Part shown: positions 21,249 through 30,295 of the stretch, piece after piece
Layout of the letters: each line of letters opens with the position of its first letter
Position numbering within the stretch: position 1 is the first letter of the stretch
Assembly: GCA_963839885.1 (NCBI GenBank)
Contig: CAWIWZ010000007.1
Span: 23,437-87,436, forward strand
DNA length: 64,000 bases
From: an uncultured Gammaproteobacteria bacterium
GTDB lineage: Bacteria; Pseudomonadota; Gammaproteobacteria; Steroidobacterales; Steroidobacteraceae
Direction: 5' to 3'
The notes under the pieces: generated by a model
The model's database searches: none
Seen by the model: only the letters and a program-made list of their open reading frames with translations
What the model was told of the DNA's origin: nothing
Translations under genes and position numbers: made by a program

Positions 21249-22556
21249 TCAACGATCGAGCGCGCCTCGATCGATCGCGAGCATTGTCTGCAGCAGCACA
21301 TTGACCCCATTTGCCATGTCTTCCGGCGAAGTAAATTCCTTTGGCGCGTGGCTGATGCCGGCGACACTGGGTACGAAGATCATCCCGGTCGGCGCGATGC
21401 GGGTCATTTCCTGGGAATCGTGACCTGCGCCGCTCGGCATTGATTTGTGGGTGAGCCCCAGCGCGACGGCAGATTCGGTAATGACTCGCCGCATCCGCTC
21501 ATCCGTCGGGGCGGGTTCGAGCGCAATGTCCACCTCGTTGAAAGTGATGGGCGTCCGGCGTGATCTTGCAATCTCCTCGGCTTCCGCCTCGATTGCGTCG
21601 AAGACGCGCTGCATCTGAGCGGCGTCGAGATCGCGGACCTCCAGACTCATGACGACCCGGCCCGGGATGACATTCGGCGCGCCCGGCTCGGCAACGATGC
21701 GGCCGACAGTTGCGACATGACGGCCGGCCATCCTGGTGGCCACCTGATTGACGGCGCCAACCAGTTGGGCGGCGCTGACGAGGGCATCCTGGCGCCTGTT
21801 CATTGGCGTCGTCCCCGCATGGTTGGCGAAGCCCTCGATGACAACGTCCCACCAGCGGATTCCGACGATTCCCTCGACGACACCGATATCGACATCGCTC
21901 TCGTCCAGGATCGCGCCCTGCTCGATGTGCAGTTCGACGAACGCCTTGATCTCACCGGGCTTGCGCCGCGCCTGGTCCAGCCGGTCGGGGTCACCGCCGA
22001 CCTGCCGCAGGCCCTCGCGTACCGTCATGCCACTGTGGTTGACGAGGTCGAGCGCGGTCGCTTCGATCGCGCTGGTCATCGCACGGCTCCCGACAGTGCC
22101 GCCTTCCTCGTCTGTAAAGCTGACGATCTCGAGAGGATGGCGCGTGACGACATCATTCTCATGCAGCAGTTGCGCTACCTCGATTGCGCCGATGACGCCG
22201 ACATCGCCATCGTAGTTGCCGCCCTGCGGAACGGAATCGATGTGCGAACCGAGCATGATCACCGGAAGGCTACGATCGCGTCCTGCGCGCCGGCCGATCA
22301 CGTTGCCGGCGGTGTCCACTCGCACCACGAGCCCGGCGTCGCGCATCAGCCCCTTGATGTATTCACGGCCCTCGATATCCGCGGCGCTGAACGCCACGCG
22401 GCTGACCCCACCCTGCGGGTTTGCGCCAAAGGCGGACAATGCGGTTATTCGCTGTTCGACTCGCTCGGCGTTTGCCACTGGAGCGGGGGATTCGGCGGCG
22501 AGTGCCGCCGCGATCGAAAGACCCAATGCGAAACTCGCCGATCGCGCTGCGGTCAT
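21249..22556 (-). CDS. M20-family Zn-dependent amidohydrolase (allantoate / N-carbamoyl-L-amino-acid amidohydrolase type) with an apparent signal peptide.
   Basis: Start MTAARSASFALGLSIAAALAAESPAP, then GSHIDSVPQGGNYDGDVGV, FTDEEGG and HAGTTPM motifs. The ORF-track N-terminal extension to 22817 looks spurious. Confidence 0.8.
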   Translation of the reverse strand: MTAARSASFALGLSIAAALAAESPAPVANAERVEQRITALSAFGANPQGGVSRVAFSAADIEGREYIKGLMRDAGLVVRVDTAGNVIGRRAGRDRSLPVIMLGSHIDSVPQGGNYDGDVGVIGAIEVAQLLHENDVVTRHPLEIVSFTDEEGGTVGSRAMTSAIEATALDLVNHSGMTVREGLRQVGGDPDRLDQARRKPGEIKAFVELHIEQGAILDESDVDIGVVEGIVGIRWWDVVIEGFANHAGTTPMNRRQDALVSAAQLVGAVNQVATRMAGRHVATVGRIVAEPGAPNVIPGRVVMSLEVRDLDAAQMQRVFDAIEAEAEEIARSRRTPITFNEVDIALEPAPTDERMRRVITESAVALGLTHKSMPSGAGHDSQEMTRIAPTGMIFVPSVAGISHAPKEFTSPEDMANGVNVLLQTMLAIDRGALDR

Positions 22557-22658
22557 GTCGACCCCGATTCCGATGCTAAAGTCTGCATTGAAGTGTAACC
22601 AGATTTTGTGCCTCGCCTGGTGGAGTACGAAGCAATGTGCAGGCCCTGGTTGTCCGGA

Positions 22659-23564
22659 ATGGCGCTCAGCGCGTGGATTGTCACGGCGTTTGCCGGATCG
22701 CAGCCTATCCTCGTCCTGCAGTCCGACTTCGGCACGCTTGATGGTGCCGTGGCCTCGATGAAAGGCGTTGCCGTCGGGGTCGCTCCCGACATCCACATCT
22801 ACGACCTCACACACCACATCGAGCCGTTCAACATCTGGCAGGGCGCCCTGCGCCTGGTCCAGACCGCCGAATACTGGCCTCCCGGTACGGTTTTCGTATC
22901 CGTCGTCGATCCAGGCGTCGGTACGGATCGCAAGTCGATCGTTCTCAAGACGAATTCAGGTCACTACTTCGTGACGCCCGACAACGGGACGTTGACATTC
23001 GTTGCGCCGCGTCTCGGCATCGCCGGAGTGCGTGAAATCGACGAAGCCGTGAACCGGCGCAAGAATTCCGAAAAGTCGTATACCTTCCACGGGCGCGACG
23101 TCTACGCATATACCGGCGCGCGGCTTGCAGCCGGCATCATCAGTTTCGAGCAGGTCGGACGCGCGCTGCCGCTCGAAGTCGTCACGATTCCTCACGAGGT
23201 CGCGCGATACGACGGCGGCGTCGTCTACGGCAATGTGCAGAACCATGACGGCAACTACGGCAACATCTGGACAAACATCGACCGGGCGACCTTCGGGCAA
23301 CTTGGCGTCGAGCTCGGTGAGCCGGTACAGGTCCGATTCGTGCATGTGGACAAAGTCGTTCTCGATCTGACTCTTCCGTACGTAACTACTTTTGGCGAGG
23401 TGGAGATCGGCAAGCCGCTGCTCTACCTCAATAGCCTGGATAACGTCTCGCTAGGCATCAATCAGCAAAATTTTGCCGAGCGCTACCAGGTCGGATCGGG
23501 ACCGGACTGGAGCATCCAAATTCGAGCGGCTGGCAGGCTGACGGCGCGGCCGCCGGCCCGCTAG
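22659..23564 (+). CDS. SAM hydroxide adenosyltransferase / SAM hydrolase family (DUF62, chlorinase/fluorinase-like fold).
   Basis: ILVLQSDFGTLDGAVASMKGV, VFVSVVDPGVGTDRKSIV, FVTPDNGTL, TFHGRDVYAYTGARLA. Start at 22659 (MALSAWIV), or at 22635 or 22608. Confidence 0.8.
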   Translation: MALSAWIVTAFAGSQPILVLQSDFGTLDGAVASMKGVAVGVAPDIHIYDLTHHIEPFNIWQGALRLVQTAEYWPPGTVFVSVVDPGVGTDRKSIVLKTNSGHYFVTPDNGTLTFVAPRLGIAGVREIDEAVNRRKNSEKSYTFHGRDVYAYTGARLAAGIISFEQVGRALPLEVVTIPHEVARYDGGVVYGNVQNHDGNYGNIWTNIDRATFGQLGVELGEPVQVRFVHVDKVVLDLTLPYVTTFGEVEIGKPLLYLNSLDNVSLGINQQNFAERYQVGSGPDWSIQIRAAGRLTARPPAR

Positions 23565-23579
23565 CCGATCGGCCAATCA

Positions 23580-24026
23580 TTACTGGATTTCGATCTGCTT
23601 GGTCTTTTCGGTCGGGGTCGCGCGCTTCGGAATGTGCACAACCAGGATGCCGTCGCGGCTCTCGGCGCGAATCGCCTCCGGGTCCGTATTCTCCGGCAAC
23701 GTGAACCGTCGGCAGAATCCGCCATAGAAGCGTTCAATCCGGTGCGTCCTCTCGTCCTTGGATTCGCTCTCGTGCCTCCGTTCACCTTCGACCGTCAGCA
23801 CGTTGTTTTCCAGCGTGACCTTGACGTCCTCGCGCTTCATGCCCGGAAGGTCGGCTTTCAACAAGTACTCATTGCCGGTCTCGCTGATATCCACGGCTGG
23901 CGACCAGTCGAGCCGCTGCCCGCCGGTGTCGCCGGATGCCGAGGGCCAGCGGCCGAACATCGGCTGACCGAGCGCCCGGAAAAATTCATCGGACTCGCGG
24001 AAAGGCTCCCATCGCATCAGGTTCAT
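23580..24026 (-). CDS. Hsp20/alpha-crystallin small heat-shock protein.
   Basis: 148-aa ORF: WSPAVDISETGNEYLLKADLPGMKREDVKVTLENNVLTVEGER, GILVVHIPK. AAAGGAG RBS. Confidence 0.9.
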   Translation of the reverse strand: MNLMRWEPFRESDEFFRALGQPMFGRWPSASGDTGGQRLDWSPAVDISETGNEYLLKADLPGMKREDVKVTLENNVLTVEGERRHESESKDERTHRIERFYGGFCRRFTLPENTDPEAIRAESRDGILVVHIPKRATPTEKTKQIEIQ

Positions 24027-24280
24027 GACAGTCTCCTTTGTCGTCGGGACGGGATCCGTCCCGTCCTAGCCGACATTACGAAGTTTGCTGTCCGGATCAA
24101 TAGGACAACCGGCCGATCGCGTCCGGTTAGTCAGGGCAGGGACCCGGCCAATGACCCGCTGATGGTGCCTCCCTGGGCCGATCCCCGAGTCCAGCAGTTG
24201 CTGAAGCGCATCGGCTTCGACTAGGCTCGGTGCGGCTTGGGGTCACTCCAGGTAGGACTTTGAAAGGGACTGGAAAACAC

Positions 24281-24505
24281 ATGAAGAAATTCACGACCAT
24301 CTTTGCGGCGATTGCTGCGGGCTTATTGCTTGCCGCTTGCGCCAAGAAGGAAGAGGCGGCGGTGCAGGTCGACGTGGCGCCGGAACCGACGCCGGAGACC
24401 GCGCCCGCAGACGCGACGCCGGCGGAAGACGGAAATTCCGCCGATGCCGAACAGCCGGGCGGCGACAAGGTTTCGGAACCGGAACCGCCGCCGGCCGGCA
24501 CCTGA
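24281..24505 (+). CDS. Small lipoprotein with a Pro/Glu/Ala-rich disordered mature part.
   Basis: MKKFTTIFAAIAAGLLLAAC (lipobox LAAC), followed by a low-complexity PE-rich tail. The ORF track starts at 24230. Confidence 0.6.
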   Translation: MKKFTTIFAAIAAGLLLAACAKKEEAAVQVDVAPEPTPETAPADATPAEDGNSADAEQPGGDKVSEPEPPPAGT

Positions 24506-24605
24506 GAAGGCGTCTGCCACGACGCGGTTCATTCCGGTACGCGCCGGGATGAACCGAGTTGCTTTGCGTGCCACGCGGGAATCCAGTACGATTCCGCGCC
24601 TTTCC

Positions 24606-24680
24606 GGGCGCGTAGCTCAGCGGTAGAGCACTACCTTGACATGGTAGGGGTCACAGGTTCGATCCCTGTCGCGCCCACCA
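24606..24680 (+). tRNA. tRNA-Val (anticodon GAC), CCA encoded.
   Basis: GGGCGCGTAGCTCAGCGGTAGAGCACTACCTTGACATGGTAGGGGTCACAGGTTCGATCCCTGTCGCGCCCACCA. Cloverleaf with anticodon loop TTGACAT. Confidence 0.9.
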
Positions 24681-24881
24681 AGATTTGTCAGAGACTTAGC
24701 CGCAGTTTCTGACGACTTCGGTACCGAGACCTTTTCAAAACCTCTCCACTCTGCAGAAAGTTGGCAGGCGAGCACCGTTGCTTCGGTCGCCTGGCCGCTC
24801 GCCACGAAGTGCGCGTAGACGTCGAGCGTCAAGCGGAAACATGCGGCACAACAGGTGGGCGCGAGCCATCGGAGCAGGACG

Positions 24882-25111
24882 ATGACGGATTCTCTGGAGT
24901 GGCAGTGTCCGGGCTGCGGGGCCAGCGTCGCGACTCCGTACTGATCAGCGTGCGGCGAGCGCAGCTACACCCCCATGAACTCACGCTGCGCGTGTACGGC
25001 GCAGCCGGGGCGCTTCGGGTCTTCAAGGCTGCGGCGCTCGTTATTGCGTCGGCCTCGATCTTTCTCGGCTACAGGTTCCTGTTGCTGATCCTGACCCTGT
25101 ACAGCACCTGA
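24882..25111 (+). pseudogene. Small zinc-ribbon protein with a C-terminal TM helix. Interrupted by an in-frame TGA (24942-24944) and one frame break at a C5 run (24970-24974).
   Basis: My own translation: MTDSLEWQCPGCGASVATPY-TGA-SACGERSYTP, then the ORF 24761..25111 frame HELTLRVYGAAGALRVFKAAALVIASASIFLGYRFLLLILTLYST. Followed by a good intrinsic terminator. Confidence 0.4.
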
Positions 25112-25127
25112 GGTTCGAACTTCGGCG

Positions 25128-25154
25128 GGCCCGCATCAGCGGGCCTACTCTTTT
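25128..25154 (+). terminator. Rho-independent terminator.
   Basis: GGCCCGC-atca-GCGGGCC followed by TACTCTTTT, 17 nt after the stop at 25111. Confidence 0.5.
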
Positions 25155-25747
25155 GCGGGCCTAGATTGGGGGGTACTGTTCCTTACTTGCGCCAGCGCGA
25201 TTGAGCTGCTCGCGCATCTGGCGTCGGAAGCGGCGCAGTTGAAGGCAACGGCCGACGCTTAAGTGAGTTCGAAGCACTGACGGGCCTGCCGCAATGCGGA
25301 CAGGTAAGTGAACTACTCTTATAGTTGCCGCCGGGCTCGCTCACGACAAGACCCTCCCACATTTAGGAGGATGCTGGCCCGATGTGTTGCGGGTGAAAGT
25401 CAGTCGGTTCCGCATCAATGCGTAGGTATTGGCCTAGCACCTGGTGACGCCGAGCGTTCTGATCGGCAGACGCGCACCTGGATTGTTGCCGCCAGACGTA
25501 GCCAAAGCGGCTATAGCTGCTGGAAATTAGGGCTAAAGAGGACCTAGTCGCGCCGAGCCCTCTCCGAATCGTTATTGATGAGCGATTGCAGCTCGGCGAT
25601 TAGAAGCAGCACCACTGCAGCGACATTCATGACAGGAATCTTCGCGCAAAGTTTACCCGCGCGAACCGGTAAATTTTTTCGTCTGGCCGGGCGTAATGTT
25701 AGGGTATTGCAATGACGCTCGAGTTACGACGCGCGGAAGCAGCCTGA

Positions 25748-27125
25748 ATGCGGCGACCGGATATCGCCAAGGTGATGTTTTGGTCAATCATTGCGGCTGG
25801 ATTGCTTGGTGGTGTCTTTCTGGCAGGCCTGTACTCTGGTGCCTCGAAGAACGCCGCCTTTGCGATGGTCCGCGACCTGCGCAGGATGACTCGCTTCGCG
25901 CTGAGTACCGTGATGCAGGAGGCGCCGGTCCTTGTGCACGCCCGCCCGGAATGGCATCTGCAGCCGGCGCGCTATGCAGGCAGCGGTGTCACAATCAATG
26001 ACACGCAAGACGACAACCTCGTATTGCTGGCAGGATTCTTCGACGATGGCAACGAACTGCGGCTGATCCGGCGGGACGGTTCGATCGTGGCACGTTGGCC
26101 AGTCGCGTTCTCAAAGATTTTCACCGACACGCGGCACATCCATGAGCCGCCGTCTACCGATTGGAACACCGACACGCATGGCGCATTGATCCTGCCGGAT
26201 GGCTCGGTCGTGTTCGTTTTCGAGTACATGGGACTCGTCAAACTGGATCGTTGTGGCAGGCTCGAGTGGAAAGTCGCGGAGCCGGCGCATCATTCCGTGG
26301 AACGGGCCGAGGCGGGTGGCTACTGGGTTCCGGGTCGGAACTACGTGCTCGAGGAGGCAACGGCCCGATTACCGCCATTCAGCGTGCCGTACTTCGAAGA
26401 CACGATCCTGAAAATCTCTGAAAATGGCGAGGTTCTGGACGAGAAGTCGGTCGTCGAGCTGTTCTACCGGAACGGCAAGGAAGCGTGGGTGACCGCATCC
26501 TACGGCAGCGCCTCCGAACAACGGATGGATGGTGAGATTCTGCATCTCAACAAGGTAGCAGAGCTCAAGACCGGCATGGCCGCGGATTTCCCGATGTTTG
26601 CGGCGGGCGATCTGCTGCTGTCGGTGCGGGAACTGAACATGCTTGTGGTCACTGACCCGGGCGTTCAGCGCATCAAGTGGCATCATGTCGGCCCTTGGAT
26701 CCGGCAGCATGATCCGGAATTCAAGGCCGGTGGCTTGATCTCGGTCTTCAACAACAATGCCTACAAACCGGTCTTTGGCCCGGACAAGTCCATTCATGAG
26801 ATCGCATTCGACCATAACGCATATCTCGAACATCATCGAAATCAATCCCGCGACCGATGAGTACCGGCGCGTGTACGGCGGGGTGAAAGCGCAGGAATTG
26901 CTATCTGTGATCCGTGGCAAACACGAACTGACGGCGCGCGGTGGCTTGCTGATTACCGAATTCGAGGGTGGCCGCGTATTCGAGACCGATGCAGCAGGCC
27001 GCACGATCTGGCAGTACATCAACCGCTTCGACGAGGACGAAGTCGCGGAAATCACCGAGGCGCGCATTTACCCCGCCGACTATTTCGCCGTGCCGGACTG
27101 GTCCTGCGCTGCGCCGGCCGATTAA
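25748..27125 (+). pseudogene. Arylsulfotransferase (ASST)-family protein with an N-terminal membrane anchor. One frame break near 26800-26820.
   Basis: ORF 25748.. (FWSIIAAGLLGGVFLAGLY anchor, GALILPDGSVVFVFEYMGLVKLDRCGRLEWK, HHSVERAEAGGYWVPG) continues in ORF 26757..27125 (NIIEINPATDEYRRVYGG, GRTIWQYINRFDED). Family call is from memory. Visibly lower GC than its neighbours. Confidence 0.7.
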
Positions 27126-27160
27126 GTCGCACTTGCCGTACGCGCTATCATTCTTGACGC

Positions 27161-29093
27161 ATGCCCGCGATCACCTTACCTGACGGCAGCCAACGAGTCT
27201 TCGATGGCCCGGTCACTGTAGCTGCAATCGCAGCCACGATCGGGAAGGGCCTTGCGCGCGCAGCGCTCGCAGGCGAGGTTGACGGTCGCCTCGTCGACAC
27301 CTCGCACGTCGTCGCAAACGACGCCCGGCTTCGCATCATCACGTCCCGGGATCCCGAGGGGCTCGAGATCCTGCGCCACTCGACCGCGCATCTGCTCGCG
27401 CAGGCAGTGCAGTCAATCTATCCGAAGGCGCAAGTCACGATCGGCCCGGTGATCGAGGACGGCTTCTACTACGACTTTGCCTTCGAGCGGCCCTTCACGC
27501 CGGAAGATCTCGAGCTGTTCGAGGCGAAGATGAACGAGCTCGTTAAGGCCGATCAGCCCGTGCACCGGCGCGTGCTGACGCGCGATGCCGCGGTCTAGCG
27601 CATTTCAAATCGATCGGCGAGCACTACAAGGCCGAGATCATCGCGGCGATTCCGGCGGGCGAGGAAATATCGCTGTACGGCCAGGGCGGCTGGGAGGATC
27701 TGTGCCGCGGGCCGCATGTGCCGTCCACCGGCAAGCTCGGCGCATTCAAGCTGACGAAAGTCGCGGGCGCCTACTGGCGCGGCGATTCGAAGAACGCGAT
27801 GCTGCAGCGCATCTACGGCACGGCCTGGCCTGACGACAAGCAACTCAAGGATTACCTGCACCGGCTGGAAGAGGCCGAGAAGCGCGACCACCGCCGGATC
27901 GGCCGCGAACTCGACCTGTTCCACTTCCAGGAAGAGGCGCCGGGCGCCGTGTTCTGGCATCCGCAGGGCTGGACGCATTTTCCAGCAGCTCATTGCCTAC
28001 ATGCGCGAGCGCCAGAAGGCCGTCGGCTACCAGGAAATCAGCAGCCCCGAAATCATGGATCGCGAGCTGTGGGTGCAATCCGGCCACGTCGAGAAATTCG
28101 GCGAGAACATGTTCCTGACGAAGACGCCCGACGAGCGCGTCTACGCGATCAAGCCGATGAATTGCCCGGGCCATGTGCAGGTATTCCGCCAGGGCCTGCA
28201 CAGCTACAGGGAATTGCCGCTCCGATACGCGGAGTTCGGCAAGGTGCACCGCTATGAACCGTCCGGCGCATTGCACGGCCTGCTGCGCGTGCGCGCGTTC
28301 ACCCAGGACGACGCGCATGTCTTCGTGACCGAAGACCAGATCACCGACGAGACGGTGCGTGGCATCGAGCTGATGATGACCATCTACCGCGATTTCGGCT
28401 TCGACGATGTGCGCGTCAAGTTCGCCGATCGCCCGGCGAAGCGCGCGTCGGCGACGACGACACCTGGACGCGCGCGGAGGAGGCCCTGAAGGCGGCACGC
28501 GCGCGGCAGGCATCGAATACGAATTCAACCCGGGCGAGGGCGCCTTCTATGGCCCGAAGCTGGAATTCGTCCTGAAGGATGCGATCGGCCGCGACTGGCA
28601 ATGCGGCACGTGGCAGGTCGACCTGAATCTGCCCGGAGCGCTCGGCGCGCACTACGTCGACGAGCACAGCCAGAACGCACCCCGGTCATGCTGCACCGGG
28701 CGATCTTCGGTTCGCTCGAGCGCTTCTTCGGCATCCTGCTCGAGCACTACGCGGGCAAGTTGCCCGACCTGGCTCGCCCCGGTGCAGGCGGTCGTGATGA
28801 ATATCAGCGAAAAGCAGGGAAATTACGTGCGCGAGGCGACCGAATTCCTTAAAAATCAGGGGCTTCGCGCAGAAATCGACTTGCGGAACGAAAAGGTGGG
28901 CTATAAAATCCGCGAACACACGCTGAAGCGTGTCCCGTACCTGCTGGTGGCAGGCGATCGGGAAGTCGAGTCCAGGCAGTTGGCCGTGCGCACGCGCTCC
29001 GGGAAGGATCTGGGTGCCATGGCGCTGGAAGAAGTGGCCGCTCGGATCGCCCAGGATGTGGCGAGCCGCGGCCGTCGTTATTTGGAGGATTGA
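27161..29093 (+). pseudogene. thrS: Threonine--tRNA ligase, with about 6 frame breaks as sequenced.
   Basis: Followed through ORFs 27161, 27718, 28001, a short frame-1 piece ([17 protein letters not shown]), 28407, 28601 and 28407. Motifs: [74 protein letters not shown]. Confidence 0.92.
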
Positions 29094-29616
29094 GTATTTC
29101 GACAACGAAACGCGTACGGCGCAACGAAGAGATCCTTGCACCGCAATTACGCGTGATTGGCGCCGACGGGAGTCAGGTCGGTGTCATGAGCCGCGGCGAC
29201 GCACTCGCAAAGGCGCCGCCGAGGAACTGGATCTCGTGGAGGTTTCGCCGACTGCTGAGCCGCCCGTCTGCCGGATCATGGACTTCGGAAAGTTCCTGTT
29301 CGAGCAGAACAAGAAGGCTGCACTCGGCGAAGACGCAAGCAGAAGCAGATCCAGCTCAAGGAAGTGAAGTTCCGGCCGGGCACGGAGAACGGCGGATTAC
29401 AAGGTCAAGCTGCGTAATCTGATCCGCTTTCTGACCGACGGGGACAAGGCCAAGGTAACCATGCGGTTCCGCGGCCGGGAGATGGCCCACACCGAGATCG
29501 GGCGCAAGCTCCTCGACAGACTGGTGATCGATCTCGCCGATTGCGGCGCAGATCGAGCAGCATGCTGCGATGGAAGGGCGCCAGATCGCGATGGTGATCT
29601 CTCCGAAGAAGAAGTG
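29090..29616 (+). pseudogene. infC: Translation initiation factor IF-3, with at least 4 frame breaks. Probable ATT start at 29096.
   Basis: Fragments across frames: [131 protein letters not shown]-stop. Confidence 0.88.
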
Positions 29617-29688
29617 ACCGGCGGGTAACCGCCGATTCGCCTCCAGCCCGCGCAAGCGGTGTGAAGAGGTCATAAAAGGAGTTGACCG

Positions 29689-29883
29689 ATGCCCAAGTTG
29701 AAAACCAACCGGGCTGCGGCGAAGCGTTTTCGCAAGACGGCGAAAGGCTTCAAGCGCGGCCAGGCGAATCGCCGCCACATCCTCACGAAGATGACGAAGA
29801 AGCGTAAGCGTCAGCTGCGCGGCTCGACCATGGTCCACGAGACCGATGTCGGCCGTCTCGTACGGCTGCTGCCCCACGTTTGA
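29689..29883 (+). CDS. rpmI: 50S ribosomal protein L35.
   Basis: Intact: [55 protein letters not shown]. Confidence 0.92.
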   Translation: MPKLKTNRAAAKRFRKTAKGFKRGQANRRHILTKMTKKRKRQLRGSTMVHETDVGRLVRLLPHV

Positions 29884-29909
29884 CGTCCATCGAACAGGAG
29901 TGATGTGAC

Positions 29910-30275
29910 ATGGCAAGAGTAAAGCGTGGCGTCATCGCAGGACGCCGCCACAAGAAGATCCTCGAAGAAGGCGAAGGGCTACTACAACGCCCGCCGCAAG
30001 GTATTCCGCGTCGCCAAGCAGGCCGTCATCAAGGCCGGCCAGTACGCGTACGTCGGACCGCCGCCTGAAGAAGCGCGACTATCGCGCGCTGTGGATCCAG
30101 CGCATCAATGCGGCCGCCCGCGGATTCGGTCTGTCGTACAGCCGCTTCATCTCCGGCCTGCTGAAGGCGGGCATCGAGATCGACCGCAAGGCGCTGGCGG
30201 ATCTGGCGGTGCACGACATCGCCGCGTTCGGCGCCATTGCCGAGAAAGCGAAAGCCGCACTGGCCGCGAAGATAG
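29910..30275 (+). pseudogene. rplT: 50S ribosomal protein L20, with at least 3 frame breaks. The 3' end is approximate.
   Basis: [20 protein letters not shown], then [27 protein letters not shown], then [71 protein letters not shown]. The TAG at 30273 is reachable with a 1-nt correction. Confidence 0.85.
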
Positions 30276-30295
30276 CGCCGGGAGCTCAGGGGGGC

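Noticed and set aside
24027-24120. hsp20 5' leader hairpins (GUUGUCC...GGACAGC and GGGACGG-auc-CCGUCCC) as a ROSE-type RNA thermometer or sigma-32 promoter.
   Set aside because: Neither hairpin pairs with the AAAGGAG Shine-Dalgarno, there is no U(U/C)GCU anti-SD motif, and I could not place a CTTGAAA/CCCCAT-like promoter with proper spacing.
24617-24700. Protein-coding reading of the ORF 24617..24832 portion overlapping tRNA-Val.
   Set aside because: That part is simply the antisense translation of the tRNA gene. Only the distal roughly 20 codons have any integrase-like character.
25108-25140. AGGTTCGA... similarity to the tRNA-Val T-arm as a candidate attR direct repeat.
   Set aside because: Only an 8-mer plus scattered matches. 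It overlaps a terminator hairpin that explains the sequence better.
25544-25630. 28-codon minus-strand ORF (MNVAAVVLLLIAELQSLINNDSERARRD) as a type I toxin-like hydrophobic peptide in the tRNA-Val segment.
   Set aside because: No Shine-Dalgarno, no identifiable antisense RNA partner, and it is very short. Indistinguishable from chance.
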